Origin: Prasinococcaceae sp. CCMP 1430
Lineage: Eukaryota > Plantae > Prasinodermophyta
Length of the DNA stretch: 64,000 nucleotides
Assembly: GCA_013416795.1 (NCBI GenBank)
Contig: RQSC01000004.1
Location: 287,544-351,543 of the forward strand
Direction of reading: 5' to 3'
How positions within the stretch are numbered: the stretch's first letter is position 1; the number at the start of each line of letters is the position of its first letter. Under the pieces are notes generated by a model. That model searched no databases and was not told the origin of the DNA. It saw only the letters and a program-made list of their open reading frames with translations. Positions 1 to 10,941 of the stretch are shown here, one piece after another. The translations under genes were made by a program, and so were the position numbers.

Positions 1-1367
1 GCCAGCTTCTCCTTGAGCCACTGCGCGCGCCCACAGTCGAGCAATCTCTTGCATCGCACGCCCATGGCGATGCGCTGGTCCTCATCGAGGCCGAGTGCAG
101 CTGCGGCCGCAGCTGTGCCGGCTGCTGGCGTCAGTGTGTGGCCGCCGCCGTCCGGGTCGGTTGCGACGATCTCTTCGCTGCCTTGGATGTCACTGTGCCC
201 CTTGCCTGCTGCCGCCGCCGCCGTTGCAGTGGTGCCCCAGCTTGACATTTTAGCGATGGCCTGGAAAAGTCTCAAGCTGATCCCGTGCTTGGACAGCAGC
301 TGCTGGTTCACGTACTCTTCAAACAGGCAACGGTGGTGACAGCACGGTGCCATGGCGACCCCGCACAACCTTGCGCCGGCAGCCGCGATCGCGTCAGCCT
401 CCGAGCCCGCTGCGTCGGCCGCCAGCCCGACCGCACAGCGAAGCGCGTAGTCCGTCCCAACGCCGCAGACATGCTTCCCTACACAGACGACGCGCCTGCC
501 GCGCAGCGATTTGACCCCAGCCAACCGCACGTCGGCGAGGTCTGCGCGCAACCTGTCAACGTCGCCGCCCATAGCGCGCAATGCGCGGTCCGCCTTGAGA
601 CGAAACGAGTCCCTGTCGACCATCACGAATCGTCGCGGCCCACCCGCGGCTACCATCATGCTTAGGTACCCGCGGCCTGCGCCGAACTCGACACACGCAA
701 GCGTCTCGGCACTTTCGTCGCAAGCCGCGGCGCGCGGCAGCACACCGCGCTCAAGCATGTGCCCGAGAAATGAAGCGCCCTGCGCTGCGTGTTTCAGCTG
801 CATGGGTGGAACGTGGCCCCCGGTGAGTGCTCGCCCTGTCCGATCGCCCGACAGCAGCTGCTCGGCCTGCGCAGGTCGCAGGGTACCACCCGCGAGCGGC
901 ACGTCCCAACCCTCCGCCGCCAGAGCTTTGTCGACGGCCTCCAGCGCTGCGCGCAGCTCGCACGTCGAGAATTCGGTGAGCGCAGGCGAGCGGACAGCCA
1001 CGCCTCGGCGCGCCGCTCGGTTGATGCCTGCGCTGTGCCATGGCTGTGCGTCACGACGGGCGACGCGCACCGCCGCCGGACACTTGCGCACGTGCTTCTC
1101 CATCGCCGCGGACGCCACAGGCGTGCCACAGTGCATGCACGCCACCCTGTCACCCCCTCGCGCGTGCGCCGCACAGAACTCACCGCACACCGCCGTCAGC
1201 CCGCACCGGCGCCCCTTGCGGGGAAGCACGTGCGCGCAACGCGCCTGGCCGAGCCGGTTCGTTGCTGCAGCCGCCGCCTCGGCGGCCTCGGCACGACCAG
1301 CGGCGCGCGGCGCGGCGCGTGGCGCGCGCTCGCGCTCACGCTCGCGCGCGTCACCTTCCAATCCCAT
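1..1367 (-). CDS. TRM13: tRNA:m4X 2'-O-methyltransferase TRM13 (3' end outside window)
   Basis: Manual translation from ATG at 1367: CAHVLPRKGRRC..EFCAAH (CCCH finger), RVACMHC..MEKHVRKC, KHAAQGASFLGH, VEFGAGRGYLS, VDRDSFRLKAD, GKHVCGVGTD, APCCHHRC, MSSWGT, GVRCKRLLDCGR. No stop before position 1, so it is absent from the ORF track. Confidence 0.93.
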   Translation of the reverse strand, partial: MGLEGDARERERERAPRAAPRAAGRAEAAEAAAAATNRLGQARCAHVLPRKGRRCGLTAVCGEFCAAHARGGDRVACMHCGTPVASAAMEKHVRKCPAAVRVARRDAQPWHSAGINRAARRGVAVRSPALTEFSTCELRAALEAVDKALAAEGWDVPLAGGTLRPAQAEQLLSGDRTGRALTGGHVPPMQLKHAAQGASFLGHMLERGVLPRAAACDESAETLACVEFGAGRGYLSMMVAAGGPRRFVMVDRDSFRLKADRALRAMGGDVDRLRADLADVRLAGVKSLRGRRVVCVGKHVCGVGTDYALRCAVGLAADAAGSEADAIAAAGARLCGVAMAPCCHHRCLFEEYVNQQLLSKHGISLRLFQAIAKMSSWGTTATAAAAAGKGHSDIQGSEEIVATDPDGGGHTLTPAAGTAAAAAALGLDEDQRIAMGVRCKRLLDCGRAQWLKEKL

Positions 1368-1807
1368 CTCGCTGGCCCCGCCCACCTTGCCCACCTGCCC
1401 GCCCGCCGCCCACGCGGCGCCGCACGCTGGGTGGGCTGTGGCAGCGCCCTCAGCGCTGGCGACCGACCGGGCCCTCCGCTTCGACCTCAAACAACATATT
1501 CACGCCCATTGCAATGATGTGACTACTTGGCCGGGGCAGTCGCGCTCGCGGCGACAGACGCGCGGGAGAGAGACGAACGCGCAGTGGTGGGGTGTGCTCC
1601 GGGTGCGCGCGCAGCTTCGCTCGCATGGTAGTTGGCGGGCGGCGGCTGGCATGTGAGGTCCGCGCTGCGCTCGGGCTGTCGCATTTCTATGGCACATGAT
1701 TTAGCGGCTGGGCTAAGAACCTAGCACGAGCGGCCGCACTGTCGCGTGCGGCGCGGCGGCCTTCTACCTCTACCCCTACGTGCAGCATGCGGGCGGTGGC
1801 GCTGCGC

Positions 1808-2760
1808 TCAACCGCGCAGGAACGACAGGTATGCCGTCCAGACGAAGCTCACCACATGGCGCACTGGCATGCGAAGCCACAGCGGTGCGGAGAAGCACAC
1901 GATGTCCGTGGGCACCCACACGTACACCAGCTGCGGCACGTCCGTCCACCAGTTCGCGACGTACTTGCTGCAGCCGTCCTGCACCCACGCCACGGGGTCG
2001 CTCTTGCCGCCCTGGACCATCTCTTTCACGCAGTAGAACGTCGGCAGATATATGAGCGGGAGGTGGATGATGGCGTCCAGGAAGACTGTTGAAGGCACGC
2101 AGCGCGAGCGTCAAGAGGAGCGCGCCGGCGATCGTCCATCGCGATGGGTTGACGGAGGCGTGCGAGATCCCGTCAGCACTCGGCGACGAGAGTCGAGCGC
2201 GGGCGGCAGTGCGCACGAGGTCCGTGTGCGCCCTCGCGGCCAGGGCGCGGGTGCCTCGGCGACAGCGCGGCGCGCATGCGCTCACCTTGCTTGGCCATGT
2301 CTATCTGGCCCCTCGTGTCCTTGAGCTTGGCCGCCCACGAGGCCTCCGTGAAGCGCAACATGTTGGGAAAGAGCTTGCTGAAGATGTTGACCTGTATCAA
2401 CCACTGGAAGCCCCCCAGGTAGGCCGCACCAAACACGACGAACGACAGGTTGCGCTGCCAGTCGATCTCGTCGAAGCTCTTCTTCTCGACGGCCACCTGG
2501 GTGAGCAGGTCCGCCGCCGACGTCTTGCACGTCGCGATGATGATGTTGTTTGCAAATGGGTAGGTCTTCTGGAAGGCCACGATGGCACCCATCACGCCAG
2601 GCGTGGCCTGCGCCGCCTCGACGGCCTCCGCGGTGGCGGGCCCGCCTTTGGACGCGAACGCCCGCCCGGCGGGCGCCGCCGCGCGCCTCGCGGCAGCGCT
2701 CGCGGCGAACCCCGCAGCCGAGGAGCACGGCGCGCGGAATGCGTGCGCGGTGGCCCGCGN
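1808..2760 (-). CDS. Mpv17/PMP22 family membrane protein, 2 exons (intron 2086-2285); true start probably lost at the N at 2760
   Basis: KTYPFANNIIIATCKTSAADLLTQ, IDWQRNLSFVVFGAAYLG, then after G|GTGAG..ACAG splice VFLDAIIHLP..WVPTDIVCFSAPLWLRMPVRHVVSFVWTAYLSF. N-terminus resembles an organelle presequence. Confidence 0.85.
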
Positions 2761-2882
2761 ACGCCGCGCGCTCGCAGAGGGGGGAGTGCGCGCGCACTCG
2801 CGCGCGCCGCCCGCGGCGCACCGCTCCCCGCGCGCGCCGTGAGAATGCGATCCGCAGGGCGCAAACCCTCCCGCGCAGCTCA

Positions 2883-3291
2883 TCAGGCAGGCAGCTCAAA
2901 AAGTGAAGAAAGCGAAGCCTCATACTCCATCCACAGCTGCTCGCTGCTGCGTCCCGACTCGACTCCCGGTGTCTTCGAGTCCTGGCTGATGGCACGTCCA
3001 CCGCAAAGGTGGGCACCCGGCATCGCGCCTCGCGCCTAAAGGGTGTGTGTAGCTCGCCCGTGGGAGAGAGAACGCCTCCGCGACGTACAGTATCGAACTG
3101 TTCTGGACAGCGCACACCTGGGGTGCGCCATGACGAACCCGGGGGAAAGCCAGCGGCGTCGGCGCCGGACGCAGGGGGGGACGCGGGGGCTCCCCCGGGG
3201 GTCGAAGGGGCGCGTCCGGTCTGCGGGGAGGATCGATCGAACGTGGGTCGTTCAAGCGGCCGAGCCGACGTGCGAGGCACGCCTTGGCCAT
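2883..3291 (-). CDS. Putative small spliced orphan ORF (108 aa; exons 3291-3118 and 3035-2883)
   Basis: ATG at 3291, phase-0 CAG|GTGTGC donor and TTTAG acceptor join in frame to ..LWMEYEASLSSLFELPA followed by TGA TGA. No recognised homology. Confidence 0.3.
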
Positions 3292-3833
3292 CGTGTGGCC
3301 CGCGTGCCGCTGCGGCGCGACGCTCACGTCCAAAGGCGAGCGTCCAGTCACCGCGGACCGCGACAGTTCCGGTCAGGTTTGCTATTTGGGGCTGGGGGCG
3401 ACGGCTCAGATCAGGGTTTGTTGCAGCGTTTTGGGTGGGCGCCGGGCGCGCCGCGCGAAGCGGCACAGCACGCCCGCGCGGCGCGCGCGGCGAGCTCGTG
3501 GCGAGGCGGCACGGGCGGGCGCGGCGACGCAGGCCGCGGCGACGCAGGCCGCGGCAGAGGGCGCGTCGAGGTCAGCGGGGTGTGGGAGCGGGCAAGCGGT
3601 CCGAAGCCGGTCCGGCGCGCTGCTTGGTGCGGTGATCCCCCGCTGCGGCTCCCCCCCCAACACACACCGGCGAACGCAGCCGTTACACCTCGGGCGGCCG
3701 TTACGGCGCGAGGAGGCGGCGCGCGGCACGCGGCGCGGCGCGCCCGCAAAGGGCAAAGGGCGGCTAGACGGTCCGGGGGGTGCGGCTGCGGGTGAAACGG
3801 GGCGGCGCGGGCGCCTTGTGACTCCAGGAGCCC

Positions 3834-4490
3834 ATGCCGGGCGATGGCGCGATGGCAATGCCCCACCACACCAAGGAGGAGGTGGAGGCAATGCGGGGCG
3901 GCATGGTGCGCCGCGTGAAGCAGAGGCTCGCGCCGCTGCATGCCACGTACGGCGCGCTCGTGTGCGCGGACCCGGCATGCAAGATATGCAATCCGAACGA
4001 CATCATCGTGGAGGGGGGTCTGCGCAGAAAGGTGGTCAGGTGCCGCAACTGCCGCGCGGCGATGGAGAGCCACGAGGTGATCGCCAGGGAGGTGCTGCAG
4101 GTGCACACCTGCGGCGACGCGTGCGCCGCGTCGCCGCTGCTCTCTCTCGAAGGCGAGGCCGCTGGCGCCTCGGACACGGACGTGGTCAAGCGGTGCGGCT
4201 GCACTATTCACTTTCGTCCCTACGCCTTCTGCGATGTGTGCTTCCAGTGGGCCAAGGATCCCGGGGGGGACCCACCGCACTGCCGTGGCATTGCGGCCGC
4301 GCGTAGGATGCTCATCGACACGCCTGGCGTGCGCTCAGACCTCTCGTATAGGCAGGCGGACAGCAACCGCGTGTGTGCGGTGTGCACCGAGGTCGCCAAC
4401 AAGGTGTGCCGATGCAAGAGCGTACGCTACTGCAGCGAGACGTGTCAGCGGGCGCACTGGAAGGAACACAAGGCCCAATGCAAGCGCTGA
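3834..4490 (+). CDS. MYND zinc-finger protein with Cys-rich N-terminal region
   Basis: C-terminal CAVC..KVCRCKSVRYCSETCQRAHWKEHKAQC is a zf-MYND. Confidence 0.8.
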   Translation: MPGDGAMAMPHHTKEEVEAMRGGMVRRVKQRLAPLHATYGALVCADPACKICNPNDIIVEGGLRRKVVRCRNCRAAMESHEVIAREVLQVHTCGDACAASPLLSLEGEAAGASDTDVVKRCGCTIHFRPYAFCDVCFQWAKDPGGDPPHCRGIAAARRMLIDTPGVRSDLSYRQADSNRVCAVCTEVANKVCRCKSVRYCSETCQRAHWKEHKAQCKR

Positions 4491-4606
4491 GAAGTGCGCG
4501 CACGGGCCGGAGCCGCAGTGTTGGCACGCACCCGCTGCCTTCAGAGAATGAAGTTATTACAGCATACAGTAGTATTACAGCAAGTCATTTCCTAGCTGGC
4601 TAGAGC

Positions 4607-5999
4607 TTAGGCGGCCTTGCTCTCTGCCTTGATCGAGCTGCCAGTGGGTTGTCCGACCATGGGCAGAATCCACGTCCACACAGGCCCCGAGCCGAAGACC
4701 AGGCGGGCGTTGTCCATTTTCTCGCCCCAGCTGAGACGCACGTGCGGGTCTCGACCAGATTCGGCCGACTTGAGCACGGCGATGTACGTTTCTCCGCTCA
4801 GCAGATATCCCAGCTGCTGCGCCAAGAGGATGCCGACGAGGACCAACACTGTCCCGCACGCGACGATGAGATACAGGCACGCGAGGCGTGGCACGGAGCG
4901 GGGCCAGTCGACGCACTTCGAGAGCACGTACATGAGTCGATCGTTCGTGCGGCGGGGAAGAGGAATGGGAGAGAACATCAGCTGCTTGACCTCGTCGTAA
5001 GTGAACTGGTCCGAATAGCGCACGACGATAATCATAGTAAGGGCGAGCACATACGACACAGAAAGCACTGCCCAGTAGAGGAAGAGGATGAAGTGACGTC
5101 GATTGGAGGCACCCACCGCCTGCAGCGGGACCGCGGAGGCGCGGCCCAGCGCGAGAAGGGCGCGCGGGCGGGCGTCAGTGCGCGTGCGCGCGCGCGCAAA
5201 AGCGCGTGCGCGCGCGTGTAAAAGCGCGTGTGAGCGCGTGTGCGCAAGGTACACTCACGTTGTTGATGAACGGGCAGAAGTGGTCCAGGTCGCGCACGCA
5301 GCGGCCACTGGCACGGCAGTGGTGGCTGTCGGGTGGCTTGGGCGCCTTACACCTTTTGCAGTAAAAGTGATTGTCCAGACCGAGCGGTGGCACCGCGTCG
5401 GTGCTTCCATACGCGAGGCGAGGCACGTATCCCGGGTCCTCGAAGCACGCGCAAAAATAATTGAAGAACGTGTTGAAGGAGAGCGTGATGCAGATAGCCC
5501 AGGCGACGTAGTACATCGCCGCCGGTGGTGGCGGCAGCAGCACGGGGTACAGCTTGCACACGCCCAGCACGATGATTGAAATGATGAGCACGATGACCGT
5601 CGGCAGCATGACCAGCCCGAGGAGTCGCCGCAACGGCAGTGGCGTTCCGCAGCGGCTCAAACAGGTCGCCGCGCCGCGCGTGCACGTGTGCGCCGCGTCT
5701 CCCACCCGTGCGAGCAACCCCCCTCGTCGGCTGCCGCCATCGCCCGCGGCTGCGCCTTTGTGCGCCGCTCCTCCGCGCGGCCGCTCCTCCTCCGTGATCG
5801 CGCCGCAGTAGCCGCACTTGAAGATGGGCGCGCCGGCCGGGGGCCGCACTCGCACGCTGCAGCCCCAGCACGTGACCACGCCGCCCGCCTCCAGCCCGTC
5901 CTGCGCGTCCTGGAGCTTCCCCTCGCGCGCCTGCGGCTGCTGCGCCTGCTGCGCGTCGCCTCCACCGCCCGCGCCGCCGCCGTCTATTCCGCCGTCCAT
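4607..5999 (-). CDS. DHHC protein S-acyltransferase, plant PAT11-like, 2 exons (intron 5120-5258)
   Basis: CKRCKAPKPPDSHHCRASGRCVRDLDHFCPFINN|AVGASNRRHF. N-terminal zinc ribbon CWGC..FKCGYCGAIT is typical of PAT11. GTGAGT donor, CTGCAG acceptor. Confidence 0.9.
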
Positions 6000-6660
6000 C
6001 GCCTCCGGCGGGCGCGCTGCCCCGCCCCGCGCGCCACCGCGATGTGAATGTATGGGCATCCCAACAAGCGATCGTGATTGAGAGGGCCGTCCACCGCGCC
6101 CGCACGCGCAGTGGCCCGCCCCCCGGCCCATCGGCCGCTCGCTCGAGCCTCGTCCGGCCCGGCAGGGGGAGGTGAGCAACGACCGACCGACCGACGAGAC
6201 CGGCGCCCCCCCCATCCCCCCGGCGCGCCCCCGAACTTGGATTATTCGTCAGGCTTCCAAAGGCGCGGGAGCGCGCGCGGCAGCGAGCGGTGCGCATTTC
6301 TTCCATGTGTTTCTGAGTTTTTGTCCCAGCCCGGCGAGGTGCTCTTTCAACAACATGAAGCTTTTCGGAATCCGTTGCGCATTCGTTTCTTCTTTCCGCG
6401 GAAGCACAAGGCATCCGTACTTGCCCTCGGCCCGAGTTTTTGAGTCTCGACTTCGGCGCGCGCGGCTGTGGCTGTTGGAGAGGTGGCCGCTGCAGGGCGT
6501 GCGCCACCACGCGCAGCGCGCGCGCTCCCCCCCCCCCCCCGGCGGGCCCTTGGCCCGTCGGGCGCCGGCGAGGAGGAGGGACTTGGGGTCGAGGGGTGGA
6601 AAAGCTCCCCTATTCGTTCGCTCTACCCTCCCACCCGCGGCGCCGGCGCGAGGGCGCGGT

Positions 6661-9600
6661 ATGGGGCGGGGCGGACCGCCTCCGGCGCTGCCGCTGGGCG
6701 CCCAACGCGGCGGGGGCGCAGCTGGCGAGCAGCGCCCGCAGAGCCAGCAGCAGCAGCGGGCGCACACGGGCGGGCGGGTGGGCGACACGGCGCCGCGCCT
6801 GAGCGAGTACATGCGTCAGATGTCGGGCGCGGGGGCGGGGAAGCAGGCGCAGCCGTACGATGCACTCAGGCGGTCCCTGCTCGAGATGTCCGCCTCTGAG
6901 CCGAAGCAGGCCGCGAAAACGCTGCTGCAGATCATGCCACGGATGTGCGTGTACGAGGCGCCGGACGGGGGCTGCCTCCTGGCGCTGGTGAGCATCCTCA
7001 CTTTGCACACCGACCGCACGATCCTGCGGCTCGCCGCGCTGCTGCTGTCGCGCTCGCTGCATCGCGCATCGACAGGGCGGAACCCCAACGAGCGCACCGC
7101 CGCTGCGCAGGCGGCTCGGAGGCTCGCGCAGTTCGCCATCGCGCCCCAGAAGCCCACGTCGCTTGAGCACGTGAAGCGCGTGTATTCGACGCGCGCGCTC
7201 GCAGGGGTACCCGCGCGCGTGCTGGAGGAGGCCACAGGCGAGCGAGCGCACGCGCTTCCGCTGCGCATCCTGGAGGCTGCGCAGCACCAGAAGCAGGAAG
7301 CCAGCAAGCACAAGCGCGACAAACTGCGGCAGCACCTGCTTGGGATCGCCACGCTGGAGCGCGCGGCGCTGCAGCTGGCTGTGACTGCAACCGGCTTGTC
7401 CGCTGGGGTTGTCAATGCTGGAGCGGGGGCGCAGCGGGCACAGGACGTTGATGCGGCACTCAGCATGGCAGCTTTGGGGCTGCACTCGGCGGATGCTGCC
7501 GCCGCGCGCCACGCGGCGTTGCTGTTGCTCAACGCGGCGGAGGCCGATCCCGCGGCGGCGGAGGCGGCAGCCGCGCAGGGATCGCCGCTGCTGGCCGCGT
7601 TGCGCGGTGTGGCCTCTGCGCAACCGGGCCAGGCGCCGGAGGGGCGCCGGCCATCAAACCCGGAGTCCGTGCCCTTCGCTTCCGTTCTTGGCGACACGCT
7701 TGCTCGTGGGTTCCTGGCGCGCGCCGCGGCATGCGTTCTACTCGCCGCTTCGGTGGGATCCCCAGCTGGCGGAGCTTGCAGCGCGCTGCTGGGGCGATTT
7801 GCGAGCGATCCGAGTCCATCGGTGTGCCTCGAGGCAATTTGCGGGCTGGTGGGCGCCAGGGGTCTCAAAGCGCTCTCCGCCCCGGACAAACCCAACACCG
7901 CAGCTACGGAGGCGCCTAAGCGAGCGAAGGCATGGCTTGTGCTGGCTGCGGATGGTGCCCTGGCACAGCGTGTCATTGCGCGCGTGGAGAGGTGCCTCGC
8001 CCTCCAAAGCAGGCCAACGCTGCACGCCGCGTGTCGAGCGGCCTCAGCATTGCTCGAAGCGCGCGTGCACGCGGGCAAAGCAGCGGCGAAGTGTGCAGGC
8101 CACGCGCAGGCGGACGCGGCTGTGGCGAGTCTCGTGCAGACAACGCGTGCCCTGGTGGCTTGTGAGAGCTACGACGTGCGTGCTGCTGCCATGGAAGCCC
8201 TCGTTTGGGCCGTCGATGACAAGGAAGGCTCAGCTCTGCGCCCCGCGGACTTTGTGGACCTTTTCCACCGGGAGGTCAACGCAGGCGGCTGGCACGAGGG
8301 CCAGGTCGATTTTGTCTTCTACTCTGTGGCGACGCGCGTGCGTGCGTCTCCTTCGGTCGGTCCCGGGCTTGTCCGCGTCGTGGCGCGCTGCGCCCGCGCT
8401 GTGTCGCAGAACGTCACATCTGAGGCTGCCGAGGAGATATGGCAGGCTGGCCTGAGCACGCGCAGCAAACAGGCGATTTGCAAGGCGGCTGTGGTCGTGT
8501 CGCTGGACGAGGTGCTCGCTCAGCCACCACCGCCGCCGTCTATCATCCCCTCCAAGGCCAAGCAAGCCGCTGAGAACGGGAGGGCGTGGATCCGGCTTCA
8601 GCGCTGCGCCGCCTCGTTCCTCGGCGAGAATGCGAATTATGCCGCTGGTGAGTACGCGTGGCAGGACAGACCGGTTCCGATCGTGACCGGCGGCCCCGAC
8701 ACTGAGGATGCCTCGTTGTCGCCCGTAGCCTCGTGCGAGGCCGCCAACCCCATCCTCAGCGCGGCCATCGAGCGGCTGGAGTGTCTGCTTGCAGAGGGCG
8801 TGTGGGAGGTGCGAGCTTCGGCCGCGCGCGCTCTCGCCAAGATTGCTGTCCGGAGCGGCGAGCCGTTCAGGCTCGCGATATACCGCGCGCTGCGTGCTGT
8901 CTCTGTGCCAAGCATCGTCGCGAGGAGTGCTGGTGGGCGTGGGCTCTCAGCTGTTGCAGGGCCCGCTGTGCGTCTTCTCGACGACATGTATGCCGCGCAA
9001 GAGGAATTGCTCGCGCGCGTCGCGCGCGCGAGAGAGAGCTCTGGTGGCGACGGCCTCGAGGGAGATGGGATGAAGTTCGGCAGGGAGGACAGGCGGTGGA
9101 TACGCGACAAGCACGAGCAGCTCATGGCGCGGATCCCGAGCGTGGCCTTCGTGCCTGCCAATGTCTATCTACCTCTGGGCAGGAAGAGCGTGCGGGCTCT
9201 CGGCCGTAGGATGGAGATGGCAGGGGCGAAGAGAGCTAGCGAGGGGGCCGGGGCGTCGCTGGGCCTTCAAATAACCCCCGCGGACACTCGAATTGGCGGC
9301 CTGGGCGCAGCGAGCCCACTGGGCGTTGGTGTCCACGACCAGCTTGGTATGGACAGGCCCGCCCCGCAGGACATCGTCGTCTGCGTGCAACCGTTCCAGG
9401 GAGAAGAGGAGGGCGAGCTCACCGTCGCTGTGGGCGAGCGCTTCGTCCGCGTGCCCAACGATGCCGAGGGCTGGGTCCTGCTGGAGGGCCGCAGCGGGTC
9501 GCTCGGCCTGGTGCCGGAGTGGGCCGTCGAGCCCGCAAACGTTGACAGCCCTCCGCCCATGCGCGCGCGAGGCGCGGCAGTTGCGGCGACGGCACCAGCG

Positions 9601-10146
9601 CCCCGCATCTCGGATGCCTCTGAGGTCGCTAGCCCTCGGGAAACTGGGGCGGCGGTCAACGCCGCCTTGACGAAGGCGGCGCCCGCGCCTGTGCAGTCGC
9701 CGCACATGTCCGACATGCGTCCTTCGAACCTCTTCGGCGAGCAGAGCCCTGAGCGCGGACTGCACGGAGGTGGTGGTGCCTCACACACGCAGGCTCACGC
9801 GGAAGTGGAGGCATCGTCGTCGTTTCCGGCCACGGACAATTTCGCTGCAGCGCCACCTGGCAGTGAGGCGTTTTCGGCGGTCATGGGTGGAGACGCGCAG
9901 GCCGGCGCAGGGAACGCAGACGATGACGACGTGTCCGTAGACGGCGAGCCTGTGATGGGACGGGCTCTGTATGACTTCGAGGCGGCCGCGGAGGGCGAGC
10001 TCAGTGTGTCTGCGCACGAGGATCTGCACATACTGTACGAGGTCGAGGGCTGGTACTTCGCCGTGAAGAGGAACGACTTCCCGCACGCGACTGACAGGGG
10101 CGGCCTTGTGCCAGAGACGTACATCGAAGTCGAGGATGAGGACTGA
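6661..10146 (+). CDS. TASH3: TPLATE/TSET complex large subunit TASH3 with two C-terminal SH3 domains
   Basis: Alpha-solenoid trunk with TASH3 signatures FLGENANYAAGEYAW and LAKIAVRSGEPFRLAIY. SH3 #1 at ~9370-9530 (QPFQGEEEGELTV..GW..GLVP) and SH3 #2 at ~9955-10130 (ALYDFEAAAEGELSV..EGWY..GLVPETYIE). Confidence 0.85.
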   Translation: MGRGGPPPALPLGAQRGGGAAGEQRPQSQQQQRAHTGGRVGDTAPRLSEYMRQMSGAGAGKQAQPYDALRRSLLEMSASEPKQAAKTLLQIMPRMCVYEAPDGGCLLALVSILTLHTDRTILRLAALLLSRSLHRASTGRNPNERTAAAQAARRLAQFAIAPQKPTSLEHVKRVYSTRALAGVPARVLEEATGERAHALPLRILEAAQHQKQEASKHKRDKLRQHLLGIATLERAALQLAVTATGLSAGVVNAGAGAQRAQDVDAALSMAALGLHSADAAAARHAALLLLNAAEADPAAAEAAAAQGSPLLAALRGVASAQPGQAPEGRRPSNPESVPFASVLGDTLARGFLARAAACVLLAASVGSPAGGACSALLGRFASDPSPSVCLEAICGLVGARGLKALSAPDKPNTAATEAPKRAKAWLVLAADGALAQRVIARVERCLALQSRPTLHAACRAASALLEARVHAGKAAAKCAGHAQADAAVASLVQTTRALVACESYDVRAAAMEALVWAVDDKEGSALRPADFVDLFHREVNAGGWHEGQVDFVFYSVATRVRASPSVGPGLVRVVARCARAVSQNVTSEAAEEIWQAGLSTRSKQAICKAAVVVSLDEVLAQPPPPPSIIPSKAKQAAENGRAWIRLQRCAASFLGENANYAAGEYAWQDRPVPIVTGGPDTEDASLSPVASCEAANPILSAAIERLECLLAEGVWEVRASAARALAKIAVRSGEPFRLAIYRALRAVSVPSIVARSAGGRGLSAVAGPAVRLLDDMYAAQEELLARVARARESSGGDGLEGDGMKFGREDRRWIRDKHEQLMARIPSVAFVPANVYLPLGRKSVRALGRRMEMAGAKRASEGAGASLGLQITPADTRIGGLGAASPLGVGVHDQLGMDRPAPQDIVVCVQPFQGEEEGELTVAVGERFVRVPNDAEGWVLLEGRSGSLGLVPEWAVEPANVDSPPPMRARGAAVAATAPAPRISDASEVASPRETGAAVNAALTKAAPAPVQSPHMSDMRPSNLFGEQSPERGLHGGGGASHTQAHAEVEASSSFPATDNFAAAPPGSEAFSAVMGGDAQAGAGNADDDDVSVDGEPVMGRALYDFEAAAEGELSVSAHEDLHILYEVEGWYFAVKRNDFPHATDRGGLVPETYIEVEDED

Positions 10147-10371
10147 CAGATCGTGGAGGTGAGGGTATTACCCCTGCGGAGGCGCAGGCGCGCCGAGGGC
10201 GCGCCTCCGTGTGCCGCTGGTGGCAGCAGCAGCAGGCGAGCTCCGCAGATAATAATTTTCTGATAGCGATACTTTGTACAAAGAGTCTCATACTATACAT
10301 GGGCTGCAAGGTCTCGAACGGTCGCTGCAGCTCGCGAGGGTCGACAACGGCACGGCGGCGGCGGGTATGCC

Positions 10372-10941
10372 TCACGCGCCTGTGCGCTGGACTAGCCTCT
10401 GCGACTCCTCCCCGCGCAGCTCGTCGCCAAGGCTCGTGGCGGAGCGCACGCTCGTCGAGCGGGCGCTCGCTGCATCCCTCGTGTTGACGGTCGGTAGGGA
10501 GATGTCGCGCATCTCCCGCCGCGCGCAAAGCCACTCCCCCAAGACTACCATCAGCCCGAAGGCCAGCCCCTCCGTGATCCACCATGCCGCCGAGGTGGGG
10601 AACCCGCCGAAGCCCACCGTCGCCATCAGGTGCAGGATGTAGACAGTCGCGGTGAAGTCGAGGCACTTCTTCGCGCGCTCGACGACGGCCGTGAGGAGGA
10701 ACGCGCCCACGAGCGCCGTGGCCGAGTGCGCGAGTATGGTCATCCAGCCGATGAAGTGCTGCGTCGAGAGCGTGCGGTAGTCGAAGAAGTGGTGCAGCGT
10801 GACGCTGCCGTACGGCGCCACGAGCACCAGCAGCAGAGCGCCCAGCGTGAGGTAGTGCAGCGCCTGCATCGCGCCCATCTGCGCGACGATGAGCACCGGG
10901 TCCCACGCGTTTGCGCCGTAGAACTGCCCGCTGCCCGCCAT
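10372..10941 (-). CDS. SYS1: Golgi integral membrane protein SYS1
   Basis: FYGANAWDPVLIVAQM, VVERAKKCLDFTATVYILH, FPTSAAWW, LGEWLCARREMRDI. Confidence 0.93.
   Translation of the reverse strand: MAGSGQFYGANAWDPVLIVAQMGAMQALHYLTLGALLLVLVAPYGSVTLHHFFDYRTLSTQHFIGWMTILAHSATALVGAFLLTAVVERAKKCLDFTATVYILHLMATVGFGGFPTSAAWWITEGLAFGLMVVLGEWLCARREMRDISLPTVNTRDAASARSTSVRSATSLGDELRGEESQRLVQRTGA

Noticed and set aside
511-1656. 381-aa + strand ORF
   Set aside because: Antisense to TRM13, whose motifs are clear on the minus strand.
2880-3120. SRP RNA, RNase P/MRP, snRNA or telomerase RNA
   Set aside because: Hairpins and an Sm-like ACTTTTTG are present, but none of the diagnostic conserved boxes could be found.
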